The notes under the pieces are model-generated. The model was not told the origin of the DNA and searched no databases. It saw only the letters and a program-made list of their open reading frames with translations. Both the position numbers and the translations under genes were made by a program. This document shows positions 26,253-38,927 of a stretch of 50,134 nt of DNA, piece after piece. Position 1 is the stretch's first letter. Every line of letters starts with the position of its first letter. Source of the DNA: Octopus bimaculoides (lineage: Eukaryota); contig NC_068990.1 of assembly GCF_001194135.2 (NCBI RefSeq), forward strand, positions 50,288,614 to 50,338,747. The letters run 5' to 3'.

Positions 26253-27677
26253 GGCTAGAAAAATGCAGTTCATCCAGAGAAGTAGCACAAACGACACTAT
26301 TTTCAGTCACACAACTGCAAGAGAAGTACTCAGCTAAGATTAAACCATTATACTTGGCATTTGTTTATGTAGAGAAAGCCTTTGATAGAGTACCACACTG
26401 TGATATGGTGGGCTCTGAGGAGGCTAGGGATGGATACGTGGCTGGTGAAAGCTGCACAGACCATGTGAAAAGATGCTGTCAGAAAGGTGAAAGCTGCACA
26501 GACCATGTGAAAAGATGCTGTCAGAAAGGTGAGAGTTCACCACAAGTACAGCGAAGAATTTTAGTGTACAGGTAGGGGTTCATCAAGGCTCAGTCCTCAG
26601 TCTCCTCCTTTTCATCATTATTTGCCAGGCCATAACAGAGGAATTCAAAACTGACAGTGCCTGGGAACTACTATATGCTGATGGTCATGCCTTCATAGCA
26701 AATTCCATATCAGAGCTAGAAGAGAAATTTCTTGAGTGGAAGCAAAACCTGAAATCTAAGGGCCTTATGGTTAAATTAGGAAAAGGACTAAGGTCCTAGA
26801 AAGCAAGGAAACTGATAGGACTCCACTCCCTTCAGATAGGTGTTTAATTTGTAGGAAAGGTGTAGGCAGGGACTCCACACGATGTACACAGTGTAAGCTA
26901 TGAACACACGAGGTGCAGTAGATTAATAGGAAGATTATCAGAGAAGGTACATATGTGAAAAATGCACTGGATCCATAAAAACTAGAAATTCAGGAAATTG
27001 ATTCTCTCAAATGCCCTGGTGGTTCATTAGATGTAGTAGATAATTTGTGCTACCTGGGGGACCAAATAAGTAGTGGGGGTGGATGCATGGAGAGCATGAT
27101 AACTAGAATAAGAAAAGGATGGAGGAAATTCAGAGAGCTTTCACCTCTGTTCACTATGAAAGGTTTCTCTCTCCGAGTGAAAGGCAGATTGTATGATGCA
27201 TGTATATGGACAGCAATTGTATATGATAGTGAGACATGGACCCTGAATGCAGAGAACATGTAAAGGTTAGAGAGGAATGAGGCTAGTATGTGCCACTGGA
27301 TATGTAATGTAAGTGTACATGTTTGACAGAGTGCTAGCATATTGAGAGAGAAGTTAGGCATAAAAAAATTAGTTGTTGTGTGCATGAGAGAAGATTGCAT
27401 TGGTTTGGTCATGTGAATTTGATGGATGCCAACAGCTCCATAAAGAAGTGCCGATCTCTCAAAGTAGACGGAACACATGGAAGTGGAAGACATGGGACAA
27501 AGTACTGAAGAATGACCACAGGACACTGAATCTTTCAAGTGAGATGACAAAGGACAAGATGCCTGGCACTTTGCTATACTCAAGAAGACCTGCACAGAAG
27601 TGTTAAGATTGGTTCCCTTGGTGGTGAGGATTGACCTGCAAGATTCCTATGCGGATGTCACCTAAAAAACACTTGTG

Positions 27678-27845
27678 GTGGTGCCACATAAAAGCACCTG
27701 TGCGGTGCCACATAAAAGCGCCTGTGCAGTGCCACATAAAAGCACCTGTGTGGTTCCACGTAAATGTTCCCATGCAGTGTCATGTAAAAGTGATTGTGTG
27801 GTACCACATAAAAGTATCCATGCAGTAGCACATAAAAGTAACCAG
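27678..27845. repeat. Seven 24-bp tandem units in the LINE 3' UTR
   Basis: Units GYRGTGCCACATAAAAGCACCTGT starting at 27678, 27702, 27726, 27750, 27774, 27798, 27822. Confidence 0.9.
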
Positions 27846-29384
27846 CACACTTTGTAAAGTGGTTGGCATTAGGAAAGGCATACAGCCATAGAAACCATGC
27901 CAAATCATTGGAGCCTAGTGCAGCTTCCGTCAAACTGTCCAACCCATGCCAGCATGGACAATGGACATTAAATGATGATGATGGTGATGATGATAAGTTG
28001 GATCATCAGCAATTGAATTAAAATCCAAAATTGGGAAATACTGAGTCACTGCCCCTTCCAGCGAAACATTCACACATATGTAAAGATTTTCTCAAAAATT
28101 TTGTACTATTGGCAGCCAATATGAGAACACACTAGAAGGTTGATAGAATACAATGACAGTTGTTTCATCTAATCTTAGCCAGATATCTAATACTGTATAT
28201 AAAATATTAATAACTCAAATGTACTGAGTGATTTACCTTGCTGTTGAGACTGAAGATTTCAGACCTGAAGATTGCTATGTCATTTGTTTCTAATCTTCTG
28301 TAAAAATATATAAGGCCATGGGGAAATAATTCCGTTCTTGGAAACAGTCAAAGTTGGCAACAGGAAGAACATCTGGCATAGAAAAATCTGTCTGAATGAA
28401 TTTTGCCTGATCCATGCAACCATGGAAAAGTGGACATTAAAACAATAACATATATACAGATGTTAAATTAAGATTATTATTTTAAAGCTACTTTCAGAAT
28501 AACAATGGAACATTTACTGATGGGAGCAAGACTCAATTCTGAGAGTAGAGCCAAATTTACTATAATGTTTGAGTTGACTGGGATTTCAAGTTTCACCTGT
28601 CTGATCCAACCAAGTTACTTGATTGAGTTGAAACACAAATAACTTAACTTATAGCAAATATTTATGCCATGTGTTTTTGTATGTAATCATCGTATTTACA
28701 CATATTTTCTTATAATGGACATTTGAAGTCTAAATTGAAATTTTACCAAGTACTATGAGGCTGTTTTTGATGATATTAATTTCATGACTCAAGGAGATAC
28801 CCTATGTTTTACTTTACATATTTTCTTCTAAATCTATATGCAACACATAAAACAAACAATCTTAACAGAAATGAACTTTTTTTTCAGCAAGAGCTCTGCT
28901 GAAAACAATATATCTTATGTGGTTTGATACTCTGATGAAAAAAGTTTGTTTGTCCCAACATCTGAGCATGTAACATAGAGCTGACCATGAAGAAAACATA
29001 AACTGGTCAGTTCACTTGCAGCAACTCTGCAGGACTCCAAGAATCATTTTGAAGGTCCTGGAAAAAAACAATGTCATTGGAAAGTGAAAATGTTTGAAAT
29101 GAAATGGCACATCTGATGGAATGAAAATCACGTTTTCCTAGGTAAAACCGATCATTAAAAATGGCTTCCATTACATGAGGCATAATAGATTTGACAGTTA
29201 ATCTGATCCATTAGAGAGTTCTGGTGTCTAAATTTTGTAACAATATAACGGGTGCTCTTTCTTTCAGTTACATGTTATGAGGGATAACAAAGAGAGTCGA
29301 GAAACTATGTTGAATAGTTGGCAATATCATTAATGTTAATTACAGTGTGAACTGTCTTGTATGATCTGGATTGAACTTGTGCCT

Positions 29385-30860
29385 GCACAATGTCTTTTTC
29401 AAAGCTGGGATGGCACATTCAGAAGGCCACACACAGTTTCTATAATTCTGTTAGAGGCTTGTATAACAATAACATCAGCCAGGTATTCAACATGCGCCAC
29501 AGAGCTTGTGTTGGTCCCCAGCTCAAGACAGCTCTGGTAAAGGATACCAATGGCAACATCATCACTACAGAAACTACCTGCCTCGAATGCTAGAAGGAGC
29601 ACTTCAACCTTCTTCCTCACTCACCAGTCCCAACTGATCCCAGCCTAACATTACTGCAGACACAGCCGTAACCAATGACGCTTGCAGACACAATCCTGAC
29701 ACACCCCCATTGAAGTCAGTGCTGCTCTGAAGGAGCTCAACATCCACAAAGCCTCTAGAATCTGCACTATCACTATGGAAATGTTGAAGACAGACAGAGA
29801 AAACATGATCCAGTGGCTAACTCACATCATCAACCATATATGGGTGTCAGAGTGGCTCTCAAATGACTGAACCTGGAGCATCATCTTCCTTTTCTAGAAA
29901 AGGAAGGGTGACAGACTTGTCTGCAGCAACCACAAGGGCATCACCCTCCTCTCCATCCCAGGCAAGCTCTTCACCAGGATCCTCTTCAGCCATGCTATCA
30001 CCTAACCGATCTGGAGTAAGCAGATGATACCACCCTATTCAGCAACTTGATTGACTGCTCAGGGATCCACTGACCATATACTGAGAGAAATCAGCAAAGC
30101 TTGGCCTTCAGGTGAGTTGGGTGAAGACCAACTGATGCATACTGGTGATAGCCCTCCCCATCCTCTTCTCCATACTGGCCTTGATGTTGCAGAATTTGTC
30201 AGCTCCTTCATCTACCTGGGCTCCACAGTCACCATCACTGGAGACCAGGAGATCATCCACAGATGTGATTTGGCTGTTGGGGTCATGTACTCTCTATAGA
30301 AGCCCCTTTGGCACCACTGTTCTATTTCCCAGAAGATGAAGCTCCACAACAACATGTTGGTCTTCTCCATTCTCCTCTATGGAGCAGAAACCTGGCTCCT
30401 CACAAAGACCCTGGCAAAGAAGATTGATAGCTTTGATAGCAGAGCCCTGAGAATGATTGAGAACATCAGATGGTACCATCATGCTTCCAACAAAGAACTG
30501 CATGTGTGCACACATCAGCCAGCAGCCTCCCACCTTGTGTGCTGGTACAGGCAAGTCCACCATCTTTAGTCAGATCATCTTATCAGGGCCTTGCTCCATT
30601 CAATGTAGCATCTGTGAGCAGAAAGAGCCCTAACGGCAGGCCTCACACCAGATGGTTGAAATGATTAAGAAAGATCTCCAGAAGCCTAATGTCATCATGT
30701 AGGCTGCAGAGGGGGTGGCACAGGACTGCCAGCAATGGGGAGCACTGGTGAACCTGGTCAGTCAGCTCAACATACAATGATGCCTCTGGGACCACTAACA
30801 TGGGATCACCCCAACCCCATCAAACAAGAGTATGAAGCTGAAACTGAACTGAAACTGAAG
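29385..30860 (+). mobile_element. Third RTE family, internally deleted, with (GAAACT)n-like tail
   Basis: VKDTNGNII; SNHKGITLLSIPGK; FIYLGS; ILLYGAETW...DSFDSRALR; tail gaaactgaactgaaactg. Confidence 0.8.
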
Positions 30861-30899
30861 CTTGCATAAACTTTCAATTCCATTTTTTGAGATGTGTTG

Positions 30900-31790
30900 A
30901 TGACTGTTTCACAAATTTATTGCATTTTGACATCTCCACACTCAGTGTCGAACCAGTCACTGATCATGGTCCAATGCTGAAGTAAAACTTTTGCAACCTG
31001 GACTGCTCCAACATGTCTAAGTGCAACTTACATGCTGATAGATGAGGTTTTACCATTTTGTTTCAAAATATAGGTTTCTCTGAAGCATGCTCTCAACTTA
31101 TAAGCAGGTGTATTTCGAGAGTTTGCCTGAAATCACCAGAAAACAAGACTGTAGCTCCACCTCTGATATTAGTACTATCTCTGATATCTTGTAAGGTGTA
31201 ATCAAAGCCATCAAATGCAAATCTGTGAAACACTACATTTGACTCATGTCTTCAGTTTGGTCTGCTTCAGAACTTTTGCCTGTCTAAATCCTTTGTCATT
31301 ACTGAACATTGAATTGTCATTGAGTGAAAGTTTGAGTGGCAGCATAAGAACGAAATGAACAGTCCTGTCATGTATAAGCATTGCTAGATGAGGCCACTGC
31401 AACAGTAATTGTTGATGGTCATAGCTGGTTGCCTGAAGAGTCTCTTGACTGAGAGTTACAGCTGCAAATTTTACTGGAGCTGGTAGTCAACACTGTTTAA
31501 GATCCTTGATATCTGGAGTTAGGATAAGTGTTTGGTTGTACATGATAAAAGTAAATTCAAGTATGGGTTTTTTTATGCTTGTTGTTCATGATATAGTATA
31601 TTTTTTGTCATACGCTCCTGATGATTACGTCAAAATCAAAAAGATGGAAAACGGTAGCAAAGCAGCACTTCGTCTTGCTTGGGAAATGTGAGATTGCATC
31701 CTCTGCCAAGATACCATCCCAGTTTACATCATCTGCCAAGAACCATCTATGGAAAATTTCACAATATGTTGCACAGATATATAAAGCAAC
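30900..31790 (-). mobile_element. Helitron RepHel (PIF1-like helicase) coding fragment
   Basis: Minus translation pieces FLADDVNWDGILAE, ITVAVASSS, and HRFAFDGFDYTLQDIRDSTNIRGGATVLFSGDFRQTL (PIF1 motif III GDFRQ). Not in the ORF track. Confidence 0.75.
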
Positions 31791-32049
31791 TATTTTGAAG
31801 TCATAGAAAGAAGAATAAGATTAGACCATGATTACTGTGTAGTAGTTGCTGTAGACTAAAACAGACAATTAAAATCATGTCTTCAAAAATGTTAGTACAT
31901 GGCTTTCACATACAATAGAAGATAGAAAATACTTTATTTTGTTTCACATTTAAATCTATTTATACTACTATGGAGCAGACAGTTATTTTATTTCTTTAAA
32001 TTTGAGATAAATTTAAACCTTATAAAAATTAACAGTCCAATTTATATGG

Positions 32050-33020
32050 CATATATACAGTGCTTAGCCAAAAATAAACCTCTGTACTTGGCTTTTGTTG
32101 ACATGGAGAAAGCCTTTGACAGGGTCCCCCACTCCCTTATCTTGTGGTCAATGAAGAAACTAGGAATAGATGAGTGGTTGATGAGAACTGTAGAAGCCAT
32201 GTACAGGGAATCTGTCAGTAAGGTGAAGGTTGGCAATGAATATTGTAATGAATTCAGTGTACAAGTAGGAGTTCACCAAGGATCAGTCCTCAGCCGCTAT
32301 CTTGTTCATCACAGTCCTCCAGTCAATAACAGAGAAACTTAAGATGGGCTGCCCTTAGGCGCTCCTCTATGCTGATGATCTAGTTCTTATAGCTGAATCA
32401 CAAGAAATTTCATGTCAGAAATCAAAGGGCCTGAGAGTTAGTTTAGCAAAGACCAATTTGTGAAACAGTCAGCAGGACAACAGACAAACCACAAATCCCT
32501 TCAAGGAGATGGCCCTGCTTGATATGAAGAAAAGGTGTAGGAAGAAACTTCATAAGGTGTACCCAGTACAAGCTATGGACACACAAGAGGTGCATCATTA
32601 TCACAGGAAGGTTAACAGAGAAAGTAGTCTTTGTGTGTGGCAGATGTATAGGTACAATAAATACTAAAATGTACAGAAAATAAACTTCATCAAATGCCAG
32701 GTAGCATCTGTTATCTGAGTGACCAAATCAGCAGTAGAGGCGGATGCTCGGAGAGCATAGTTGCTAGAATAAGAATAAGCTGGGCTAAGTTCAGAGAGCT
32801 TCTACCTTTGTTGGTAACAAAAGACCTCTCCCTCAGAGAGAAAGACAGATTGTATGATGCCTGTATGCAAACAGCCATGTGACATGGCAGTGAAACATGG
32901 GCTATGACTGCAAAAGACATGTGAAGGCTTGAAAGAAATTAAGCTAGTATTTGTTGCTGGATGTACAATGTCAGTATGCATATACAACAAAGTGTAAGCA
33001 TCTTGAGAGAAAAATTGTGC
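32050..33020 (+). mobile_element. Older PHD-bearing RTE copy, RT to thumb region
   Basis: LYLAFVDMEKAFDRV, GVHQGSVLS, LLYADDL, complete Cys motif through VCGRC, CYLSDQISSRGGC. Confidence 0.85.
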
Positions 33021-33021
33021 T

Positions 33022-36000
33022 GTCTCCCGTCCCAGGGTCTCACGGACCCATACCTCCCACACCCTCAGGGTTGGCACTCTCAACGTTGGTACACTAAAAG
33101 GTAAGTCTGGTGAGATTGTTGAGATGTTTATACAGAGATGTGTCAATATCTGCTGCCTCCAAGAAGTAAGGTGGAGAGGAGGTTCTGCTAGGTTCTTCAC
33201 AGGCAAAGAACACAGGTACAACATTTTCTGGGCAGGGAACACAGACAGGGTCGGGGGGATGAGAATACTTCTTGCAGAGAAATGGGTGGATAAGGTAATC
33301 GAGGTAGTCAGAGTATGCCATAGAAAACTTAAGATTAGAATAGTGCTTTATCATGGGCTACCAACCATTATCTCGGCCTATGCCCCTCAGCCGGGGTTAC
33401 CCGATGGACAGAGAAACCTATTTTATGACACCCTCTTGCAGACTACCTCGTTGACGAATGACAAGGACCTTCTCTTTGTGGCTGGTGACTACAATGGACA
33501 TGTTGGACAACATCCAGGGGGCTTCCATGGCATACATGGAGGCTATGGTTTTGGTTCCCGCAATGAGGAGGGAATCAGGCTGCTGGAGTTCTGCGATGCA
33601 AATGATCTTATGGTTTGCAATACTAACTTCAGGAAACTTGCCGGTCACCTAGTCACCTACAGTTCTGGCAGATACACTAGCCAAACTGACTACATCCTTG
33701 CCAGAAAAAGAGAAAGATGGCTGCATACATAAATAAATGCCAAAACCTTCCCAGGCAAAGAATGTACCCCACAACATAGACTGGTAGTTAGTGACTTCAG
33801 GATCAGGGCTAAGTGGTTGCTCAGAAGACGACCAGCATGGAGGAGAACAGCTTAGAAGCTCAAAGATCCTGCAAATGGACAGAGATTTAGATACATATTA
33901 CTCGAAGCCTTTGACGAAATAGAAGGGGACATAGCTTCACACAATGTAAAAGACAACCGGAGGTTTCTACGGGACAACCTGCTGAGAGTCACTGACCAGA
34001 TCTGTGGATGGTGCAAAGTCCCCTCTCGACCCAAAATAACGTGGTGGTGGAACAATGTTGTTGACAGGAGTGACAGGGCTATTAGAGAAAAGAAACAGGC
34101 TTGGAAGGACTGGAAGAACGGTGGTAGCAGGGAATTGTATCAGACTGCCAGAAGGGAAGCTAGGAGACAGGTTTATTTAGCCAGAGGGAAAGCAGATAAG
34201 AAAAATTTGCCAATGTTCTGCGCCGTGAGGACCAAAGACTTGAGGTATTTTGTGTTGCAAGACAGCGTGTGAGAGAGAATCATGATGCCGTAGGAGAGAA
34301 ATGTGTCCGCATGGATGATGGTTCACTTGCACTAAATGAGGCTGCAAAGAGAGAGGTTTGGAGACGCCACTATGAAAGGTAGCTCAATAAAGAAAATGAA
34401 TGGGAGAAAGAAAGTCTGCGAAATGTCAACCCAACAGAGGGACCAGCTATCCGAGTTGACACTACCTTGGTAGATAAAGCAATTAAGAGCATGAAGACAG
34501 GGAAAGCCCCTGGCCCATCAGGAATCACTGCAGAGATGCTCAAAATATCTGGCAGTGTCGGCTATAGCCTAGTCACCCGTATAGTTACCCAGGTGATACA
34601 CGAAGGAGGCATACCCAATGACTGGTGTTGCAGCACCATAGTCAACTGCTACAAAGGTAAAGGTGACGCTTTAGATACAAATAATTACAGAGGTATCAAG
34701 TTGTTAGATCAGGTAATGGAAGTCACGGAGAGGGTCATAACCCAACTAATTAGGGAGAGAGTCAGTTTAAATGAGATGCAGTTTGGGTTTGTGCCAGGGA
34801 AAAGCACCACTGATGCTACATTTCTGGTAAGACAGCTGCAAAAGAAATACCTAGCGAAAGATAAATCTTTGTACCTGGCTTTCGTTGACATGGAGAAAGC
34901 CTTTGACGGGGTCCACCGATCCCTTATCTGGTGGTCAATGAGAAAACTAGGGATAGATGAATGGTTAGTGAGAGCTGTGCGAGCCATGTACAGGGATGCT
35001 GTCAGTAAGGTGAGGGTTGGTAACGAGTACAGTGAAGAATTCCGGGTAGAGGAAGGGGTCCACCAAGGTTCTGTCCTCAGCCCTCTCCTATTTATCATAG
35101 TCCTCCAAGCAATAACAGAGGAATTCAAGACAGGATGCCCCTGGGAGCTCCTCTATGCTAACAACTTTGCACTAATTGCTGAGTCACTATCAGAACTAGA
35201 GGAAAAGTTTCAGGTGTGGAAGCAAGGATTAGAATCGAAGGGCCTTAGAGTCAACCTAGCTAAAACTAAAGTCCTAATAAGTAGGAAGGTAGACAAACCA
35301 CAAACACCTTCAGGTAGATGGCCCTGCTTGATCTGTAGAAAAGGCATAGGTAGAAACTCTACAAGATGTACCCAGTGTAAGCTATGGATACATAAGAGGT
35401 GCAGCAATANNNNNNNNNNNNNNNNNNNNNNNNNNNNNNNNNNNNNNNNNNNNNNNNNNNNNNNNNNNNNNNNNNNNNNNNNNNNNNNNNNNNNNNNNNN
35501 NNNNNNNNNNNNNNNNNNNNNNNNNNNNNNNNNNNNNNNNNNNNNNNNNNNNNNNNNNNNNNNNNNNNNNNNNNNNNNNNNNNNNNNNNNNNNNNNNNNN
35601 NNTGCAAGAAACGAAGCCAGTATGCTCTGCTGGATGTGTAATGTCAGTGTGAATACTCGACAGAGTGTAAGTACTTTGTGAGAAAAGTTGGGCCTAAGAA
35701 GCATCAGTTGTGATGTGCAAGAGAGACGATTACACTGGTATGGTCATGTGGCGAGAATGAATGAGGATAGCTGTGTGAAAAAGTGCCACACTCTAGTGGT
35801 TGAGGGAACCTGTGGAAGAAGTAGACCCAGGAAAACCTGGGATGAGGTGGTGAAGCACAACCTTCAAACATTAGGCTTTACCGAGGCAATGACTAGTGAC
35901 CGAGACCTTTGGAAATATGCTGTGCGTGAGAAGACCCGGCAAGCCAAGTGAGATCATAACCTGTGGCCTTTGCCAGGGGTGTAGCCAGCCCACTTATGCA

Positions 36001-36655
36001 TATCTTTCCTTCATTGGACACTAAACTCTGCTTGCAAAGACCTGTTGAGGCAAGTGAAATCGGAATTGAAATAGAAATCAAACCAAATTCAACGACTGGC
36101 ACCCATGCCAACCTTTCCTTCATCGGACACTAAATTCTGCTTGTGAAGACCTGTTAGGGCAAGTGAAATCGAAATCGAAGCTGAACCAAATTCGATGACT
36201 GGCACCTGTGCCAGTGGAGCGCTAACAGCACCGTTCGAGCATGATCATTGCCAGAGCAGCTGTCTGGCGTCTATGCCAATGGCATGTAAATAGCACCATT
36301 TGAGCGTGATCGTTACCAGTGTTGCCTTACTGGCACTTGTACCGGTGGCACATGAAAAAACATTCAAGCAAGGTTGTTGCCAGTGTTGCTGGACTGGCTC
36401 CTGTGCAGGTAGCATGTAAAAAACACCATTTGAGTGTGGCTGTTACCAATACCGCCTGACTGGCCCTTGTGCCGGTGGCATGTAAAAGCACCCACTACAC
36501 TCTCAGAGTCGTTGGCGTTAGGAAGGGCATCCAGCTGTAGAAACTCTTCCAGATCAGATTGGAGCCTGGTGCAGCCATCTGGTTCACCAGTCCTCAGTCA
36601 AATCGTCTAACCCATGCTAGCATGGAAAGTGGACATTAAATGATGATGATTATGA
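33022..36655 (+). mobile_element. Youngest, near-full-length PHD-bearing RTE LINE
   Basis: APE (TLNVGTL, CCLQEVRW, SAYAPQ, AGDYNGHVG, QTDYIL); long RT ORF 34467-35409 (APGPSG, NYRGIKLL, FVDMEKAFD, GVHQGSVLSP); repeat-rich 3' UTR; (GAT)n tail. A few stops. Confidence 0.95.
36190..36500. repeat. ~60-bp tandem units in the LINE 3' UTR
   Basis: Recurring GTGCCNGTGGCAYGTAAAANCACC...GAGCGTG...TTRCCAGT...ACTGGC unit; same array at 45580-45980. Confidence 0.8.
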
Positions 36656-36660
36656 TGTGC

Positions 36661-36881
36661 TTGAGAAGGCACATCAAGCCAAGTGACCAAGTGAAATCCT
36701 AGCCATGGCCAGTGCCAATAACACATAAAAGGCACCCACTACACTCTGTGAAGTGGTTGGCATTAAGAAGGGCATCCATCCATAGATATCAAGCTCTCCG
36801 AATTACAAGTCCCAGTCAAACTGTTTAACACATGCCGGTATAGAAAATGGATACTAAATGATAATGATGATGATGATGATG
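36661..36881 (+). mobile_element. Separated 3' end of the older RTE copy
   Basis: tgtgcttgagaaggcacatcaagccaagtga (VLEK..QAK*), then a short 3' UTR and second (GAT)n tail. Confidence 0.75.
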
Positions 36882-37313
36882 AAAACTTGAGTAAGAAGGA
36901 GTTCAATAATAGACTACATAGACATTTGGATATTGTACCAATAACTGATAAACTGCTTGTTTTTGGAAACTTTAAGTGAAGGATTACTAGGTAAGGGACC
37001 GAACTCTAGATCATTTTGGAAAAAATAATCTCAGTTCCAATAGTGCATATTTGGTGCATACTTGAAACATGCACAAATTATGATCTGGATTTAACAAAGA
37101 CTCTTTTCTAGCTTCTTGCAAAATGGGTTTAATGTTGGTCTCATCCATGGTTGAAGTGATAGCAACTGCTGAACAATGTACTAACCCAGAGAGAGAGTAT
37201 TGCAGAGAGGCAACATTGCAGATAATTTCTACATGTATTTCATCTGTGAGGCAGAAGTGTAAGTCAACAGAATTATGCCAAAACTTGATAACAGCAACCT
37301 ACATACTCCTTAA

Positions 37314-37520
37314 CCCATTAGTATTTAAACCAGCCATTTTCGGCCCAAATATTCTACTTGTTTTATGTTCAGACTGGCCATATTCAGCCTCTCACACCTA
37401 CCCTACAAATAAACAACCACATCATCAAAATCTTAAAGCTACAAGATAATGCATGATTACTTCAAAACAGTGTGAATTAAAAAGCATTAAATTTGATGGA
37501 GTACTCTAAATATTAAAGGG
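37314..37520. mobile_element. piggyBac-type MITE, 207 bp
   Basis: TTAA|CCCATTAGTATTTAAA ... TCTAAATATTAAAGGG|TTAA. Confidence 0.85.
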
Positions 37521-37849
37521 TTAAATGCAGCATACAGTTACAGCAAATATGACCAGTAAACTAAAAGTGTTACTTCCGCTGATACTACAGACAATGAAAG
37601 GTGGTAAAGTATTGCTCATGAGTAAAGATGGCACATATCTTTACACTGAGTAAAGGGACATCATAAAGTATAGGAAAATACATTTTAGTGGTCCTCAACA
37701 ATTTCTCATAAGGCACTGGAATGTATCCCACAAATTTCAAAAGATACAATTTTGGATCTATCATCAAATATGAAGGAGCCAGTAACTCACATCTGTGAAA
37801 CAAAATCAGGTAAGTTAATAATGGCAAGGAATTATGCTGTAGATTTCTC

Positions 37850-38400
37850 CATTTGTTCATAGAATGCCAACAATGCAGTAACCCCTCCCCACCAACAATG
37901 CAAGGATATACCGAAAGTCACCCATTTTACAAGCAGAAGATTGACCAATAGGACTTAGAAACAACTGAGGAATTTCTCCTCTCTCAATTAGAAGGAAAAT
38001 CTTAGCTCAGGAGATTTTTAAAAAATATTCATGTGAATTTCTCAAAAAAACAAAACTGTGGATTTCGTCTTTGAGCAACAGCATTGTTTTCCCCTTATAA
38101 CAAATTCAGGAAAAATTTTTAAAATACCACATCCCACTTTTCATTTGTTGACTATAAAAAGGCTTTCTATAGTATGCGAATAGAGGACATGGATACCTGC
38201 TCAAAAGATATAGGTATCCAGACATTTCTAATTTCACAATGGGGCACCTGACATGATCTTTTTTTGGAAGAATAAAATGGCCCTTTTTCCACTTAACCAT
38301 GGAGTAAAATGGAGCTATATATTCACTCCAATGAGTTATTCTCAAGATAGTTAAATCAAAACATGTTTTCAAAACTTTTTAGAATGCCCAGAAACATCAC
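37850..38400 (+). mobile_element. Heavily decayed non-LTR RT fragment
   Basis: QIQEKF.KYHIPL..FVDYKKAF motif near 38100-38170. Confidence 0.4.
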
Positions 38401-38927
38401 TATATATATCTGTAAAGATATCTTGAAATGATTTATTTTCAACCAGATATTGATAAGTCCTTCCAGATCTGCACAGCATTGTCTTTAATATGAGACTCCT
38501 CACCACTTCTATCACATCCATTTTTGTCATGCATGTCACACCAGGTAAATGAGAATTGTGACGATGGAAACTCATCAAAAGTTTTTGAAATCTCAAGGTC
38601 AATGAAATAAACACCATGAGGCTTTTTTATACTGCTCTAGAGAAATTCAGGGGAAATAGCAATTAATATTTTCAGTTGAAAAAGTTATTTGGTGTGATGT
38701 TATGTATGTCACACATTCTTGGCCATCTGAAAATTCAACATTCATTCCATGAAAAAATATCGAAGTTTATAGTGAAGAATAAATCCATGCAATCTTTGTA
38801 AATATTCAAAATTCACAGCTTAGATATTTCATAATTAGTATCTCTGACTGTCATGCAAGAATGGCCCTTTAGTTATTCGCTTTATTTCTAAGTGGCATAC
38901 TTCAAAGGATAGCAAGTGAACTCACAA

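Larger units (their letters stand above)
24640..27994 (+). mobile_element. Old near-full-length copy of the PHD-bearing RTE LINE
   Basis: APE (AEDFSGHVG, LLEFCD, CTTQHKLV), RT (NYRGIKLLDQ, AFVYVEKAFD), CYLGDQISSGGGC, 3' UTR and (GAT)n tail. Confidence 0.9.

Noticed and set aside
36190-36500. CRISPR-like repeat arrays (also 27678-27845, 45580-45980, 48314-48592)
   Set aside because: Eukaryotic context, no cas genes, and the spacers are homologous to each other or are microsatellite.
33022-36655. Currently active LINE
   Set aside because: In-frame stops (e.g. 33730), frameshifts and YANN in place of YADD; it is only the youngest copy here.
37123-37449. 108-aa ORF as a novel protein
   Set aside because: Its 3' half runs through the piggyBac MITE and it has no recognisable motif.
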